Assembly: GCA_045614485.1 (NCBI GenBank)
Contig: JAZLCY010000133.1
Coordinates: forward strand, 1 to 39,226
Direction: 5' to 3'
Source of the DNA: Eubacteriales bacterium
GTDB taxonomy: Bacteria; Bacillota; Clostridia; Oscillospirales; CAG-272
Length of the DNA stretch: 39,226 nt
The position numbers and the translations under genes were made by a program. The notes under the pieces are model-generated. The model was not told the origin of the DNA. It made no database searches and worked only from the letters and a program-made list of their open reading frames with translations. This document shows, piece after piece, positions 37,959 to 39,226 of the stretch. Each line of letters begins with the position of its first letter. The stretch's first letter is position 1.

Positions 37959-38726
37959 ATGAAAATTGGTGCTCAGCTTTACTCCCTCAGAACCGGTTGC
38001 ACCACTCCCGAGGATCTCAAGATCACACTTGAGAGAGTTAAAAATATGGGATATGATATCGCCCAGGCATCTGCAATATGCGAGATCGATCCGCACCTTT
38101 TAAGATCCTACGTTGACGAGTATTCCCTCCCCATTCTCTGCACACACCGTTCAATCACGGAGATCACAGAAAACACCGCAGAGTGCATTCGGTTCCACAA
38201 AGTAATCGGATGCCCATGCATCGGTATTGGAAGTATGCCTACCGAAATGAGAGGCAGTTATGAAGGATTGAAGCACTTTACAGAGCTTCTTTCCGAGCCT
38301 GTAAAAATGATCAGGGATGCAGGCCTTACGTTTGCGTATCACAATCATGCATTTGAGTTTGAAAACTGGGACGGAGTTGTTCCCTACGACTATCTGCTTG
38401 AAAAGACAGACTTCGATTATATACACGACGTTTATTGGTCTACCTATGCAGGAAAAGACCCATCCTACTACATAAAGTTGCTTGGCGAGAGCGGAAGAAT
38501 GCAGGACGTTCACTTCAAGGATATGAAATCTATGCCCCAAGGTGCTATTTGTCCCTGCGGAGAAGGCATAATTGATTTTTCCAAGCTTGCAAAGGAGTGC
38601 AAGCAATACGGCATTCCCAACGTTTACGTGGAGCAGGATAACGCACCCGATCTTGGCGATCCTTTTGCCCAGATGGAAGCAAGCCTTAAGCACCTTAAAT
38701 CAGTATTTACAAAGGAAGAAATATAA
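37959..38726 (+). CDS. Sugar phosphate isomerase/epimerase (xylose isomerase-like TIM barrel)
   Basis: MKIGAQLYSLR... N-terminus and HNHAFEF / DVYW / VEQD type metal-ligand strands typical of the AP_endonuc_2/xylose-isomerase-like family. Substrate unknown. Confidence 0.8.
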   Translation: MKIGAQLYSLRTGCTTPEDLKITLERVKNMGYDIAQASAICEIDPHLLRSYVDEYSLPILCTHRSITEITENTAECIRFHKVIGCPCIGIGSMPTEMRGSYEGLKHFTELLSEPVKMIRDAGLTFAYHNHAFEFENWDGVVPYDYLLEKTDFDYIHDVYWSTYAGKDPSYYIKLLGESGRMQDVHFKDMKSMPQGAICPCGEGIIDFSKLAKECKQYGIPNVYVEQDNAPDLGDPFAQMEASLKHLKSVFTKEEI

Positions 38727-38727
38727 C

Positions 38728-39226
38728 ATGGCAAATTATTATTTATCAGCATTTGCAGATGAAGCCGGCGACAGCATTCAAGATCAGATCAATGCCCTTA
38801 AGGATAACGGCATCAGTTACATCGAGCCAAGATTTGTTAACGGCAAAGGTATTCTTGCACTGAGTGAGGCTGAGCTTTATGAACTTGAAGCCGAGCTTTC
38901 CAAGAACGGAATAAAGGTTGGTTCACTCGGCTCACCTATCGGAAAGTACGATATTAAAGCAGACTTTGAAACACACCTTAAGGATTTTGATAAGGCAATC
39001 ACCGCCTGCAAGATTCTCAAAACCGAAAAAATGAGAATGTTCAGCTTTTACGTTAAACAGGATGAACTTACAGAATATAAGGACGAGGTTATCAAAAGGC
39101 TCCAGGTAATGTGTGATATTGCCAAGGAAAACGGCATTATCCTTTGCCATGAGAATGAGTCGGAGATCTACGGACAGATGCCGGCCGAGGTCGATATCCT
39201 GCTTGATGAAGTTGATGGAATTCAGG
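38728..39226 (+). CDS. Second sugar phosphate isomerase/epimerase-like TIM-barrel protein (5' part; runs off the right edge)
   Basis: Not in the track because it has no stop in the window. ATG 38728 lies 1 nt after the previous stop. Reads MANYYLSAFADEAGDSIQDQINALKDNGISYIEPRFVNGK...MRMFSFY...LCHENESEIYG, the same fold family. Confidence 0.7.
   Translation, partial: MANYYLSAFADEAGDSIQDQINALKDNGISYIEPRFVNGKGILALSEAELYELEAELSKNGIKVGSLGSPIGKYDIKADFETHLKDFDKAITACKILKTEKMRMFSFYVKQDELTEYKDEVIKRLQVMCDIAKENGIILCHENESEIYGQMPAEVDILLDEVDGIQ

Noticed and set aside
38151-38693. 180-aa minus-strand ORF inside the first sugar isomerase gene, and the 72-aa ORF at 38932-39150 inside the second.
   Set aside because: Both are antisense to genes with clear TIM-barrel family sequence. 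They have no SD, and their Cys/His/Leu-rich composition is typical of shadow ORFs.
1-39226. Window-wide look for CRISPR repeats, tRNA/rRNA genes, IS or transposase ends, integrases, prophage or defence-island genes, and long tandem or inverted repeats.
   Set aside because: None were seen by reading. Coding density is near-complete, all large ORFs have confident housekeeping assignments, and no repeated spacer-like periodicity or terminal inverted repeats were noticed. A computational repeat scan would be needed to exclude short dispersed repeats.

Overview
This 39.2-kb window is an almost gap-free stretch of core chromosome from a Bacillota genome that looks Clostridia-like and endospore-forming. 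It holds about 37 protein genes in four blocks.
(1) A minus-strand head-to-tail array runs from 18428 to the left edge: infC-rpmI-rplT, then TrmH-family methyltransferase-dprA-topA-trmFO-rnc-radical SAM-smc-ftsY-yhbY-nadD-yqeK-LCP-rsfS-leuS.
(2) A plus-strand array runs 18791->27408: lon-engB-M50 protease-scpA-scpB-ytfI-like-gerW/ytfJ-dacB-like-rluB-orphan 134 aa.
(3) A minus-strand array runs 37781->27459: araC-dxs-miaB-ricA/ymcA-mutS-mutL-tgt.
(4) A divergently transcribed sugar-phosphate isomerase/epimerase locus starts at 37959 and runs off the right edge.
The only substantial non-coding DNA is the 362-nt divergent region 18429-18790. It carries a consensus sigma-A promoter and an L20-type attenuator leader for an ATT-initiated infC, plus the lon promoter. 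Beyond that there are two hairpin terminators and the araC/isomerase control region.
Reading both strands I found no rRNA or tRNA genes, CRISPR arrays, transposases, integrases, phage genes, or recognisable toxin or defence genes. Gene order matches known Bacillus/Clostridium syntenies (rnc-smc-ftsY, dprA-topA-trmFO, yhbY-nadD-yqeK-rsfS, lon-engB, miaB-ymcA-mutS-mutL).
Bottom line: this is an ordinary housekeeping region, and I cannot support a claim of a new multi-gene system here. The items most worth a second look are single genes or junctions:
- an uncharacterised ELP3-like radical SAM gene that overlaps both rnc and smc;
- a Cys/His-rich 134-aa orphan coupled to rluB;
- a RicA/YmcA homologue with a reversed-ferredoxin-like Cys tail;
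- leuS with no room for a T-box;
- a 29-nt araC/dxs overlap at the core/accessory boundary.
Several ORF-track starts were moved to downstream starts with a better N-terminus, most of them also preceded by a Shine-Dalgarno (SD) sequence.
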